Shown here piece by piece: positions 18,006 through 26,365 of a DNA stretch of 32,356 nucleotides (positions are counted from its first letter, which is position 1; each line of letters opens with the position of its first letter). The translations under genes and the position numbers were made by a program. The stretch is taken from positions 1 to 32,356 of the forward strand of contig JACPMP010000059.1 in assembly GCA_016185915.1 (NCBI GenBank). The letters are read 5' to 3'. This stretch comes from Candidatus Woesearchaeota archaeon. GTDB lineage: Archaea > Nanobdellota > Nanobdellia > Woesearchaeales > GW2011-AR4. The notes below the pieces were generated by a model. It was given only the letters and a program-made list of their open reading frames with translations, did not search any database and was not told where the DNA came from.

Positions 18006-18863
18006 TTATCTTTTCCTAAAAGCGTTATCCATTATTTCTTTATTATAACCGCTTGGTATTTTGCCTTTTGCAGCATAAACGTAGAGCGCAGTATTAAATA
18101 TCGAGTTAGCCACACTAAAGATAATGATTACACCCAGCAAGTAGATTACAGTAAGGAAAATTATTGGTATTATAAATGCAATACCTAAACTCGAAGTTAA
18201 AACTACTAAGATTACTGCTGTAACTATCCCAACAACCATAAACAAAAATTCTACTAAGCCAAGTCCGTAATACCCAATTAAGCTTTCACCCCAAGTTTTC
18301 TTTAATATTTCTACAGATTTTTTTATTGCATCTATAGGTCCTAAGTTATTATACACCATTCCCGGAACAACGAATATTGTGATAAGACTCCACATCATTC
18401 CTAAAACAGCGTTTTGTATTCTTAATAGTATCTCACCAACACCACCTAATTTTTCTGCCAATCTGTCAAACAATCTTAAAATAACCCCTAAAGTTGCGGA
18501 TATCAATGCCCATGTAAATATCAAATGAATCTTTGATGTGGTGAATTTGATGCTTTCACCAAATGTTGCATTGCCCCCTTCAAATCTTTTTTTAGTGGTG
18601 TAAACAACACAAACATTGAAGAAAGTAGTAATGAATGATAATACAAGATATGCGATAAATAACAAGAAATATTCCATAACACCAAAAACAGGACTTACCC
18701 CATTTAAAAGTGCAACGATTATTGACGGAAATAGTATAGCTATTATGAATATTATTGATAACACACCTGACAATATAGGAAATAGTAATAGCTCTCTATC
18801 TTGTTTGATTACACTGAAACTTAATCGAGTTATTGCCCAGCTTCTTGAAAACGCATTTGCCAT
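18006..18863 (-). CDS. multi-pass membrane protein (DUF6159-like by recollection)
   Basis: MANAFSRSWAITRLSFSVIKQDRELLLFPILSG followed by about six TM helices. The family name is from memory and was not searched. Confidence 0.6.
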   Translation of the reverse strand: MANAFSRSWAITRLSFSVIKQDRELLLFPILSGVLSIIFIIAILFPSIIVALLNGVSPVFGVMEYFLLFIAYLVLSFITTFFNVCVVYTTKKRFEGGNATFGESIKFTTSKIHLIFTWALISATLGVILRLFDRLAEKLGGVGEILLRIQNAVLGMMWSLITIFVVPGMVYNNLGPIDAIKKSVEILKKTWGESLIGYYGLGLVEFLFMVVGIVTAVILVVLTSSLGIAFIIPIIFLTVIYLLGVIIIFSVANSIFNTALYVYAAKGKIPSGYNKEIMDNAFRKR

Positions 18864-18994
18864 ATAATGAAATAGAAAGACAATAAGTATTAAAATGTTA
18901 TGGTGCTGTAAAAACTAAAACTTTCACTATTCTTCCGAAAACAATAAATAGGACTTCTTATTAGTTTTGTGCCTCATAAGTTGATTTGGTGATA

Positions 18995-19672
18995 ATGTTG
19001 AAAAAAATTTTTTTAATTAGCGTACTGCTTTTTATCGTAAGCTGCACACAAATAAAGGGCTTTGATTATGGTGTTAAGCAGATTAGTAAACTTAATTCTA
19101 GATATAATACAACTATGGAAACCTACCCAAATAATATAAAACAAATTGGCTTAATGCTAAATGATTTTGAAGAGCTCAAGAAAATTCAATTGGAGAAAAA
19201 TCAAGAACCATTCAATTACATCATCAATTACAGAATACTTAATCTTGAAGCTGAAAGGCTATATATCGAAGGGCAGAAATATGGTGATGCTGGAACTACT
19301 AAAAAGGGTTTTGGATGTAAACCAAGACCGCTTATAATTGAATCAGTCTTTTTGAGAAATAGCTCGGCAATGAAGGGTTTTGAAGCAGTTAACTTATTAC
19401 GGGAATTTGTCGGTAAATACCCAAAAGAGGCAAATTTGGCGGGCTTATCTTTTAAAAATGCATTATTCCTCAATGCAACTTTCTATCAAATCTCAAGAGA
19501 CGCAAGAAGTGACAGCAGTATAATCAATCGTTTTTGCCCTGCAAATGTGACCTTAGAAATTTATCAGCAAGAATTCAGAAAAAAGACAAATATGAGTGAA
19601 GATTTCATCAACAATTTAAGTTATGAGGAAGCAGTGCCTATTTGGAAGAAATTAAGAGGTATCGAAAAATAA
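18995..19672 (+). CDS. lipoprotein-like secreted protein, unknown function
   Basis: The ATG at 18995 gives MLKKIFLISVLLFIVSCTQ, a signal peptide with a lipobox-like Cys. Confidence 0.55.
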   Translation: MLKKIFLISVLLFIVSCTQIKGFDYGVKQISKLNSRYNTTMETYPNNIKQIGLMLNDFEELKKIQLEKNQEPFNYIINYRILNLEAERLYIEGQKYGDAGTTKKGFGCKPRPLIIESVFLRNSSAMKGFEAVNLLREFVGKYPKEANLAGLSFKNALFLNATFYQISRDARSDSSIINRFCPANVTLEIYQQEFRKKTNMSEDFINNLSYEEAVPIWKKLRGIEK

Positions 19673-19717
19673 TAGATTTTTCGGAACCTCCTCGTAAACT
19701 CGGAGGTATAACTTAAG

Positions 19718-20137
19718 ATGTCATTAAAAAAACCTACTAGTGTGGAAGAGTGTGTTTATTTCACTAATAGGACAATAGATTCTGGCAGAGCCATGGCATG
19801 GGTTTTCAGAAAGGAATGCCCAAAGTGTAAAAAAGGATTTATGGGCAAACCACAAAAAAAAGGCGGCAAAATTGATAAGAAAGCAGACCATTATGTTTGC
19901 TATTTATGTGATTACAAGGAGACAAATGAGCAAGTGGAAACTAGCTTAGTCCTTAATGTTGAATACAAATGCCCGCATTGCGGAAATGAGGGTGAAACAA
20001 CTACTGAGTACAAAAGAAAAAGCTTTGAGGGAGTTCCTTCTTTCGTTTTTGAATGCCAGAAGTGCCATAAAAAGATTGGATTGACGAAAAAGATGAAGGA
20101 ATCGAAGAAGAAAGGAAAAGAAGATTTGGATGAATAG
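19718..20137 (+). CDS. double zinc-ribbon protein with Lys-rich tail, unknown function
   Basis: GGAGGT lies 10 nt upstream of the ATG. Four CxxC pairs: CPKC, CYLC, CPHC, CQKC. Confidence 0.65.
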   Translation: MSLKKPTSVEECVYFTNRTIDSGRAMAWVFRKECPKCKKGFMGKPQKKGGKIDKKADHYVCYLCDYKETNEQVETSLVLNVEYKCPHCGNEGETTTEYKRKSFEGVPSFVFECQKCHKKIGLTKKMKESKKKGKEDLDE

Positions 20138-20261
20138 GTTAAATTGATTTTTCATTGATATAAGATTAGAGTTTTGCTTTATTATTTACATTCTCCCATG
20201 ACACATTCTATGCCTTTGCCATTAATTTTTAATCAACAACAATAACAAATAAAAAAATTAA

Positions 20262-20360
20262 TTATTTGTTCCCTTTCTTAAATATATCTTCAACCTTTTT
20301 CCAGTTGACAACATTCCACCAATTCTTTAAGTAATCGGCTCGTCTGTTTTGGTACCCCAT
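20262..20360 (-). pseudogene. orphan 3' end of an Fe/Mn superoxide dismutase gene (last ~30 codons)
   Basis: The minus strand translates to (M)GYQNRRADYLKNWWNVVNWKKVEDIFKKGNK*, the canonical SOD C-terminus YQNRRPDY..WNVVNW. It aligns with [27 protein letters not shown] of the intact gene at 23129-23737. Confidence 0.6.
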
Positions 20361-20361
20361 T

Positions 20362-20817
20362 TTAGTAGGTCTCTCTAAATTTTCTACTTATGTTCAGTTC
20401 TCTAACTTCAAGCCACCAGGATGGTATCTTTAAATCTAATTTTTCGAGCAATTGATTTAGGTGATTTATTCTGAAAAATCTCTTAATATTTTTCCCAGAG
20501 ATACAAACAAATACTGGTTTGTTATGTTTTAAGGCTAAATCTATTTCTGAAATAGCCCCTAAAGTAAAAGTTGTATCTATTTCTAATGGCAATGGTAAGA
20601 TATACAATAATGCGTCTGATTCTTTAACAATATCAAAACATTCATTCATTAGTTTATTCCCATTATTATTTTGATTAATTTCTGTAAAAGGATTAAAGAA
20701 TAAATGGTTTTTGTACTTAGAATTAGTTGAGATTAATTTACTTTTTGCCGATTTAATTCTATTTCTTTCTTTGCCCTTTAAAATTAAAGGCATTGCAACA
20801 TAAATTTTCTTTTTCAT
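20362..20817 (-). CDS. nucleoside 2-deoxyribosyltransferase-like (flavodoxin-like fold) protein
   Basis: KIYVAMP at the N-terminus, then ...IVKESDALLYILP...TLGAISEIDLALKHNKPVFV. This matches the NDT-family layout of an N-terminal strand-Gly/Pro, a D-containing strand and E-x-G-x-A..KPV. 4-nt overlap with the upstream gene. Confidence 0.45.
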   Translation of the reverse strand: MKKKIYVAMPLILKGKERNRIKSAKSKLISTNSKYKNHLFFNPFTEINQNNNGNKLMNECFDIVKESDALLYILPLPLEIDTTFTLGAISEIDLALKHNKPVFVCISGKNIKRFFRINHLNQLLEKLDLKIPSWWLEVRELNISRKFRETY

Positions 20818-21236
20818 CCTAGTTTATTCTCTATCCACAATTTTCTTTCTTCTGGTGATAATGTTTCTAAAAACCGCTCGGAATAAATACCTTTAAGAGT
20901 GGACTCGTCACTTTTCCAATATCTATACTCAACTTTATCATTATTCTTATACCTCTCTGCTAGCTCAAATTTTCTGGAATCGTCAACATCATATAGACAT
21001 AAAACATAATCTTCCCCTTTCTTATGTTCATCCGTATTAATTTTAGCATGAAAGAATCCGTCTTTTTCTAACTCTTCAATTGCTATTTTATTTAATTCAT
21101 CTTTGTATTCAGAAAAAAATAAATATTTGCCAGTTATTTTAGGCTCTTTTTTAGAAATTTTTATGTAGTAATGCCAGTATTCATCATCTACTCTAATAAC
21201 ATTTTTTGATACCCTTTTTGGTTTTTGCATAATCAC
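20814..21236 (-). CDS. DUF1917-like (Bles03 / phosphothreonine-lyase-like fold) protein
   Basis: GKYLFFSEYKDELNKIAIEELEKDGFFHAKINT...EDYVLCLYDVDDSRKFELAERY...YRYWKSDESTLKGIY matches my recollection of the DUF1917 pattern (GKW.IF...AKVST...VICVYT.D...YK.D..T..G.Y). Confidence 0.45.
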   Translation of the reverse strand: MIMQKPKRVSKNVIRVDDEYWHYYIKISKKEPKITGKYLFFSEYKDELNKIAIEELEKDGFFHAKINTDEHKKGEDYVLCLYDVDDSRKFELAERYKNNDKVEYRYWKSDESTLKGIYSERFLETLSPEERKLWIENKLG

Positions 21237-21298
21237 TCAATTAACTTATATGTATTTGATTCTATTTTTTGCAAAAATTCTAAAAGTGCTTCTGTTTT

Positions 21299-21958
21299 TC
21301 ATTCATTTACTAACATTTTTTCAGTAATCAAGAAAGTATTTACTGCATCTGCTTCACAATACTCACGAAAAGCTTCTGGGTTTTCTTTCCACAATTTTTT
21401 AATAAGTTTTCCTTTATCAGGGTTGTTAGGAATATGTTCTTTTCCAGTCTTTAGTGGTAATCCTGAAAATGCACTATGTGTTATCAAATCTGATAAACTC
21501 CAAGGTTTGTACAAACCATTATTGTAACTCTTCATAAATATTGATGCAATAGTGGATGCCTCAATTGAAGGAGCATTTAAAAAATCCTTAATTTTCCAAT
21601 ATTGTTGAGATAATTTTTCTCCATTTTTAAAGTAGTCTTCAAATTTTTTCAATCTATAAGCAACTACAGGATGGTCATAGGTCATTGCAAAATAACCAAT
21701 TCTTACATACTTGTAACCTATACTTCGTAAAAGTATACCAAATTCTTTCATAATTTCAACTTCTGCAAGTTCTGTTTCCTCTTTCTTTATGAATGATTTG
21801 CAAACGAGTTTATTAGTCATATCACGATATGCCACCGTTATCGAAAGAAGTGGCTCTCCTTTCATCATGTCGCTAGTTTTGGGTACATCTGTTTCAATAT
21901 CCCAAGAGATTTTAGTTCCTGGCGTTAACCATATATGTTTTCCTTGGTCCAAATCCAT
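21299..21958 (-). CDS. stand-alone DEDD(y) 3'-5' exonuclease domain protein (family-B polymerase exonuclease-like)
   Basis: Exo I ISWDIETD, Exo II-like YFAMTYDHPVV, Exo III-like YCEADAVNT. At 219 aa it is too short to include a polymerase domain. Confidence 0.6.
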   Translation of the reverse strand: MDLDQGKHIWLTPGTKISWDIETDVPKTSDMMKGEPLLSITVAYRDMTNKLVCKSFIKKEETELAEVEIMKEFGILLRSIGYKYVRIGYFAMTYDHPVVAYRLKKFEDYFKNGEKLSQQYWKIKDFLNAPSIEASTIASIFMKSYNNGLYKPWSLSDLITHSAFSGLPLKTGKEHIPNNPDKGKLIKKLWKENPEAFREYCEADAVNTFLITEKMLVNE

Positions 21959-22047
21959 TTTTACCCCAATTTAGCTTTATTTTCTATACTTATTTGTTAA
22001 AAGATGAAAGTTATACTTATTTATATATCTCACGTCTCTTTGTCCAG

Positions 22048-22119
22048 TGTCCAGTGCTTTTTTACAATATAGAAAAAAATACTTTTAAGGTTTATAGATA
22101 AGCAAATTTGCACTGGACA
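22048..22119. promoter_or_regulatory. 10-bp inverted repeat (TGTCCAGTGC / GCACTGGACA) flanking an AT-rich, TATA-like 52-bp spacer in a divergent intergenic region; the left arm is part of a GTCCAGT x2 tandem
   Basis: Read directly at 22048-22057 and 22110-22119. It lies between the divergently oriented exonuclease and LAGLIDADG genes. Confidence 0.3.
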
Positions 22120-22161
22120 TCTCTGCCTAAAATATATAAAGGCATTCTACATCTGAAATTG

Positions 22162-22250
22162 AAAAAGAGAACACGCAAAACTGCCAAATTAAGCCTTTCT
22201 GTCTTCGACAAGAAAGCCTTTTACGCAGTTTCGCTTAACGTTCTCTTTTT
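22162..22250 (+). other. ~89-nt imperfect long hairpin in the putative leader of the LAGLIDADG gene
   Basis: An 11-bp perfect base (AAAAAGAGAAC 22162-22172 / GTTCTCTTTTT 22240-22250), internal paired blocks, and an apical stem CTTTCTGTC-TTC-GACA(A)GAAAG. A TATA-like AAATATATAAA lies ~25 nt upstream. Confidence 0.35.
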
Positions 22251-22300
22251 CCTTAATTCCAAAGTCTTTGGAAAACAAAAAACTTTGGAGGGTGATTAAA

Positions 22301-23128
22301 ATGAAAATAAGGATTAGGAAAAATCATGAATTAAGATTGAAAGCTTTTGATTTGATGAATGAACTTAAAAGTAATAATCTTACTCAAAAGGAGGTTATAG
22401 ATAAAATCTATGCAGAATTTGGTGTACCGAGAGGAACTTTGTATAGTTGGTATGCAAATAGAGATTATCCGTATGGGCGAAGAGGTAGAGAAGTTACTAA
22501 AAATCCTGAGTTATTCTATGTTTTAGGTGCCCTATTAGGAGATGGGTGTATTTATTACTGGAAGAAACTCAATAGGCATATTATAAACATTGCTGGTGAA
22601 AAAGAGTTTACAGAGAAATATGCAGACAAATTATCAAAATGCACCAGAAACAGAGTTAAAAACTATATAAACAGGAACAATAATGTTTGGTTTGTAAATA
22701 TTGGCAACCTTCAACTTTATTTTCTATTCCAACAAATAAGAGGAGACCTCAAAGTATTACGTAACCTTCTTGCAAAAGGAGATTACTACAAAAATTCTCT
22801 ACAGCTAATAGAAGGTTTTTTTGACGCTGAGGGTTGTATTAAGATTATAAAAGAAAAAGTGAGAAAAACTCCTAAAATATGCCCGGATATTTGCTGTACA
22901 AATTATGAAATTTTAGAATTGATAAGAAAACTTTTACAAGAGCATCTAAATATTGAAGCAAGATATTCAATTCAAAAAGCAGATGGTATCAAAAATAAGA
23001 AAGTTGCTTATCATTTAAGAATTTATAAAAAGGAATTTGTAAGAAAATTTTTTGAAAATATCAGTACAATAAAGTTAAAAAATGAAAAAATTGCTTATGT
23101 TGAAAATTGGTTAAACAATGGTTTATGA
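22301..23128 (+). CDS. free-standing double-motif LAGLIDADG homing endonuclease with N-terminal HTH region
   Basis: GGAGGGTGA lies 5 nt upstream of the ATG at 22301. Motifs LGALLGDGCIY and IEGFFDAEGCI are present. The N-terminal LTQKEVIDKIYAEFGVPRGTLYSWY is HTH-like. Confidence 0.8.
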   Translation: MKIRIRKNHELRLKAFDLMNELKSNNLTQKEVIDKIYAEFGVPRGTLYSWYANRDYPYGRRGREVTKNPELFYVLGALLGDGCIYYWKKLNRHIINIAGEKEFTEKYADKLSKCTRNRVKNYINRNNNVWFVNIGNLQLYFLFQQIRGDLKVLRNLLAKGDYYKNSLQLIEGFFDAEGCIKIIKEKVRKTPKICPDICCTNYEILELIRKLLQEHLNIEARYSIQKADGIKNKKVAYHLRIYKKEFVRKFFENISTIKLKNEKIAYVENWLNNGL

Positions 23129-23737
23129 TTATTTTTTCATTGCTTTTTTATAATATTCTTCTACTTGTGGCCAATTTACCACGTTCCACCAAGTTTTAAT
23201 ATATTCAACTCTAGCTGGACCCCACTTTTTATAGTACGCATGCTCCCACACATCAACACCCAAAATCGGAGTTTTCCCTTCCATCAATGGGCTGTCTTGA
23301 TTTGCAGTGCTGTAAACTTCTAATTTACCGTTGTTTAATACAAGCCACGCCCATCCTGAGCCAAACCTGTTCAAGCCAGCATTTGTAAACTCTTCCTTAA
23401 ATTTTTCAAAACCACCAAATGCCGATTTTATGGCATCTGCAACTTTGCCTTGTGGCTCACCTCCTGCATTTGGCGCCATTATCTGCCAGAAAAAAGAATG
23501 GTTTGAATGCCCTCCTCCATGGTTTCTTACAGCCGTTCTTATATTTTCAGGAACGTCATTTAATTTTTTAAGAACTTCATTGATGTCCATATCCTCAAAT
23601 TTTGTGCTTTTTACTGCACCGTTTAATTTATCAATATACGCTTGATGATGCTTTGTGTGATGTATGGTCATAGTCTGCTCATCAATGTACGGCTCAAGCG
23701 CATTGTATGCGTATGGCAATTTTGGTAATGTATGCAT
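23129..23737 (-). CDS. sod: Fe/Mn-family superoxide dismutase
   Basis: [34 protein letters not shown] and WNVVNW are all present. The ATG at 23737 is preceded by GGAGGCGG. The stop codon is directly adjacent (0 nt) to the convergent LAGLIDADG stop. Confidence 0.95.
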   Translation of the reverse strand: MHTLPKLPYAYNALEPYIDEQTMTIHHTKHHQAYIDKLNGAVKSTKFEDMDINEVLKKLNDVPENIRTAVRNHGGGHSNHSFFWQIMAPNAGGEPQGKVADAIKSAFGGFEKFKEEFTNAGLNRFGSGWAWLVLNNGKLEVYSTANQDSPLMEGKTPILGVDVWEHAYYKKWGPARVEYIKTWWNVVNWPQVEEYYKKAMKK

Positions 23738-23858
23738 ATAAACCGCCTCCATTTAGTTATTAATATTTAAATTAACAATTGTTAAGAAGAATATTGGAGT
23801 AATATAAATAGTTTTTGATTGGATTTGAAAGTAATCTTAAACCCCAGATGAAAGCCCG

Positions 23859-23951
23859 TCAAGAACTATAATCCTCATCTTTCTTCATTATGTTTCCCAC
23901 AAAGTTCTCTTTATGTAGATCAACTCCTGCGTATAGCTCTTTCAAATGCAT
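23859..23951 (-). pseudogene. possible N-terminal remnant (30 codons) of an IS110-family (DEDD) transposase
   Basis: GAGGTGA then ATG, followed by MHLKELYAGVDLHKENFVGNIMKKDEDYSS*. The L-Y-x-G-V-D-L-H-K motif is the typical IS110 N-terminus, and a stop follows after 30 aa. Confidence 0.35.
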
Positions 23952-24105
23952 CACCTCAATAGTTTATATGGAATTAAACCATTTAATATTTTCTAGAAAG
24001 ATAAATTCTAAGGATGTTATGTATTTTTTCTGCAAGAAAAATTGCCGAAGCGAAGGCACAGTATGACGCAGGGCTCGGTTTTAAATTTATCTAGGAAAGA
24101 ATTTT

Positions 24106-24420
24106 TTAATTTTTTCGTTTATTTAATAAGTAAAATAAAACACATGAAGTTAAGTATCCTACAACAATGTTAATTACAATTATAGTAATTATGTTGATTA
24201 TAGGGCTATCAAAAGATGATTCTGTAAGTCCAACGAAAAAATAAGTATGGATTGACAATATTTTTGCTACTACATTATACCAATTACCGAAACAATTCCC
24301 ATTAGGTTTGCATATTGCACCGAAACCAGAAATAAAAAACATTATAAACTCGAATATTGTTATAATAATTGTTACACTAATCTTCTTTAAATCGGGTTTA
24401 AAAAATTCTTTCCATTCCAT
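24106..24420 (-). CDS. small multi-pass membrane protein, unknown function
   Basis: The ATG at 24420 gives MEWKEFFKPDLKK.... Three hydrophobic helices. Confidence 0.45.
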   Translation of the reverse strand: MEWKEFFKPDLKKISVTIIITIFEFIMFFISGFGAICKPNGNCFGNWYNVVAKILSIHTYFFVGLTESSFDSPIINIITIIVINIVVGYLTSCVLFYLLNKRKN

Positions 24421-24519
24421 ACAACTTTTCAAATGTTACATCTATTTAAACTTTTTGATAAGTTATTTTTTCTACTGGAAATTATTTTTTTGTTGCAGAT
24501 TCAGTAGAAATAGCATTTT

Positions 24520-25443
24520 TTATCTAACCTCCAAAATACTTTTCCTCAATTTTTCCAAATAAACACAAGCATTGCAAAGCTCATTTGCGCTTGGCTCATT
24601 GCATCTAGCGCAAACTTTTATTATTTCATGTTTGAATTTTTGTTTTAACAGCGGCAATATTTGCAAAAATGAATTTACAATTGAATATTTTGTTCCAGGG
24701 AATTTATTCTCAAAATCATTTAACATATCTCTGACTTGCGCTCTAAAGGATTGTGATGCATTCGGACATTCTGCAAAATCATCAAGCAAACCATTCATAA
24801 AAGCATAAGCTGTCACTTCTTTTTCTGTGCATAAATACAATGGCTTGATTCTTTGAACAAATTTCCCGTCTTGAATTAAGCCGACTTTTGGACCAAGCCT
24901 TGCAGACGCCTCAATATTATTTTTAAATTGATTCATTAAAATTGATTGGCATTCATCATCCAAGTTGTGTCCAGTAGCTAATTTTGTTAATTTAAGTTCC
25001 CTTGATTTTTTATTCAATAAGTATCTTCTAAATATACCGCAAATTGTGCATGGCTTGGCATTGAGGATTTTGAGCATTTCGTCAAGAGTCAATCCAAATT
25101 CTTCTTTATAAGAGAAAATATGCAATTTTATGTTGTTCTCATTACAGAATTCTTTTGCTTTCTCTAATGTTTTATCTCTATAGCCACTAATTCCTTCGTC
25201 AATTGCAATTGCATTGATCTTTATCTTTTGATTTTGCTTTGATAATTTTTTTAGTAGGTGTAATACAGTTAAAGAGTCTTTTCCTCCAGATAGAGCAACT
25301 CCTAAATTCTCATCTTTGCCGATCAAATCAAACTGTCTTATGGTTTTGAATACCTTACTTTCAAAATAGTCTATAAAGTGGTTCTTGCAGAGTTTCTCTC
25401 CGGCAGGCAATGCAATAACAGATTTTTCGTTGCAGCAGTTCAT
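24520..25443 (-). CDS. ttuA: tRNA 2-thiolation PP-loop ATPase, TtuA/NcsA/TtcA family, with N- and C-terminal zinc fingers
   Basis: PP-loop ALSGGKDS. CTICGIFRRYLLN...ATGHNLDDE. N-terminal C..C....C..H and C-terminal CARC...CNAC. The ATG at 25443 lies 1 nt after the upstream stop. A TtuA versus NcsA assignment cannot be settled by eye. Confidence 0.8.
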   Translation of the reverse strand: MNCCNEKSVIALPAGEKLCKNHFIDYFESKVFKTIRQFDLIGKDENLGVALSGGKDSLTVLHLLKKLSKQNQKIKINAIAIDEGISGYRDKTLEKAKEFCNENNIKLHIFSYKEEFGLTLDEMLKILNAKPCTICGIFRRYLLNKKSRELKLTKLATGHNLDDECQSILMNQFKNNIEASARLGPKVGLIQDGKFVQRIKPLYLCTEKEVTAYAFMNGLLDDFAECPNASQSFRAQVRDMLNDFENKFPGTKYSIVNSFLQILPLLKQKFKHEIIKVCARCNEPSANELCNACVYLEKLRKSILEVR

Positions 25444-25444
25444 T

Positions 25445-26365
25445 TTATTTGAAAATTTGAAGAAATACTTTGTCCAATTCTTTATTTTTATCTCCCTTAA
25501 AATCACTATGAGGGATGCCTAAATTTTCCAATGCCTTTTTGAATCTTTTGTACCCCTCTTTGTCTCTAAGTTCGACCCATTCTACTTTTAAGCTGTTTAA
25601 CTGTTTCTTGTTTGTATCTGATAGTTTATCTGCAATGAATACAGAGCTATCCCTTGCTATAACAGCATCTGCACTTTCTGGATTCCCTTTCCCCATTAGT
25701 TTTACTTCGCAAAGATAATCTGTTCCCTTATTGGTTAAATAAAAGTCAATTTCTCTCTCAAATTCTTCTTCAGATTTTATTTGGCTTTTGACTTTTATTT
25801 TATAGTTTTTATCACTAACACCATACAATTTACATAATGTTAACATTAATGGTTTTTCCACTCTCTTACCAGCAGTGCTCCAAAGCCCGCCTCTGAGTGC
25901 GGCTCTTTTAACAGCTAAAGTATTTATGACTATTAGGCTTTCGCTAACATTCAAATCAACGCTAACTCCTTTGAATTTTAATGTAAGAATGACATTTAAC
26001 TCATCTTCTCCATCTACTAATGATTGAATTGTATTGTATAATTGTTCATAGTGTTCATTTGAAGCCTCGATAACTATCTCTTTTGTTGCAGAGTTATACA
26101 TATTTGATATCGTCTTCCGGTTTAAGCCTGAATTAATAGCGATTTCCTCAGCAGAAAGATTTTTGTTCAAGAATTCTTTTTTATACCAATCTACTGTGAT
26201 GTCTTTATTCTTCAGTTTTGCATCAATTATTTTTTTAAAGAAGTCAATTGTATATTGTAGAAACTCAGCATTAATTAGAGTAACTATCTCTATTCTATAA
26301 TCCTCTCCATTCATGAGCTTTTTTATTATGTTTTTTGCAACTTGTTCTGTTAATGTTATCGTCAT
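25445..26365 (-). CDS. candidate type II restriction endonuclease (PD-(D/E)xK-like), partner of the upstream methyltransferase
   Basis: ATGA start/stop overlap with the methyltransferase gene. D-x(n)-E-V-K in GTDYLCEVKLMGKG. I recognise no other family signature. Confidence 0.45.
   Translation of the reverse strand: MTITLTEQVAKNIIKKLMNGEDYRIEIVTLINAEFLQYTIDFFKKIIDAKLKNKDITVDWYKKEFLNKNLSAEEIAINSGLNRKTISNMYNSATKEIVIEASNEHYEQLYNTIQSLVDGEDELNVILTLKFKGVSVDLNVSESLIVINTLAVKRAALRGGLWSTAGKRVEKPLMLTLCKLYGVSDKNYKIKVKSQIKSEEEFEREIDFYLTNKGTDYLCEVKLMGKGNPESADAVIARDSSVFIADKLSDTNKKQLNSLKVEWVELRDKEGYKRFKKALENLGIPHSDFKGDKNKELDKVFLQIFK

Noticed and set aside
19688-19712. Hairpin ACCTCC-N11-GGAGGT between 18995-19672 and 19718-20137
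   Set aside because: The 3' arm is the ribosome-binding site of the zinc-ribbon gene. It may act as a terminator or translational hairpin, but a 6-bp stem is too weak to call.
22108-22299. 63-aa plus-strand ORF upstream of the LAGLIDADG gene
   Set aside because: It has a TTG start and a basic low-complexity translation. It coincides with the inverted repeat and long hairpin region and is better explained as leader or regulatory sequence.
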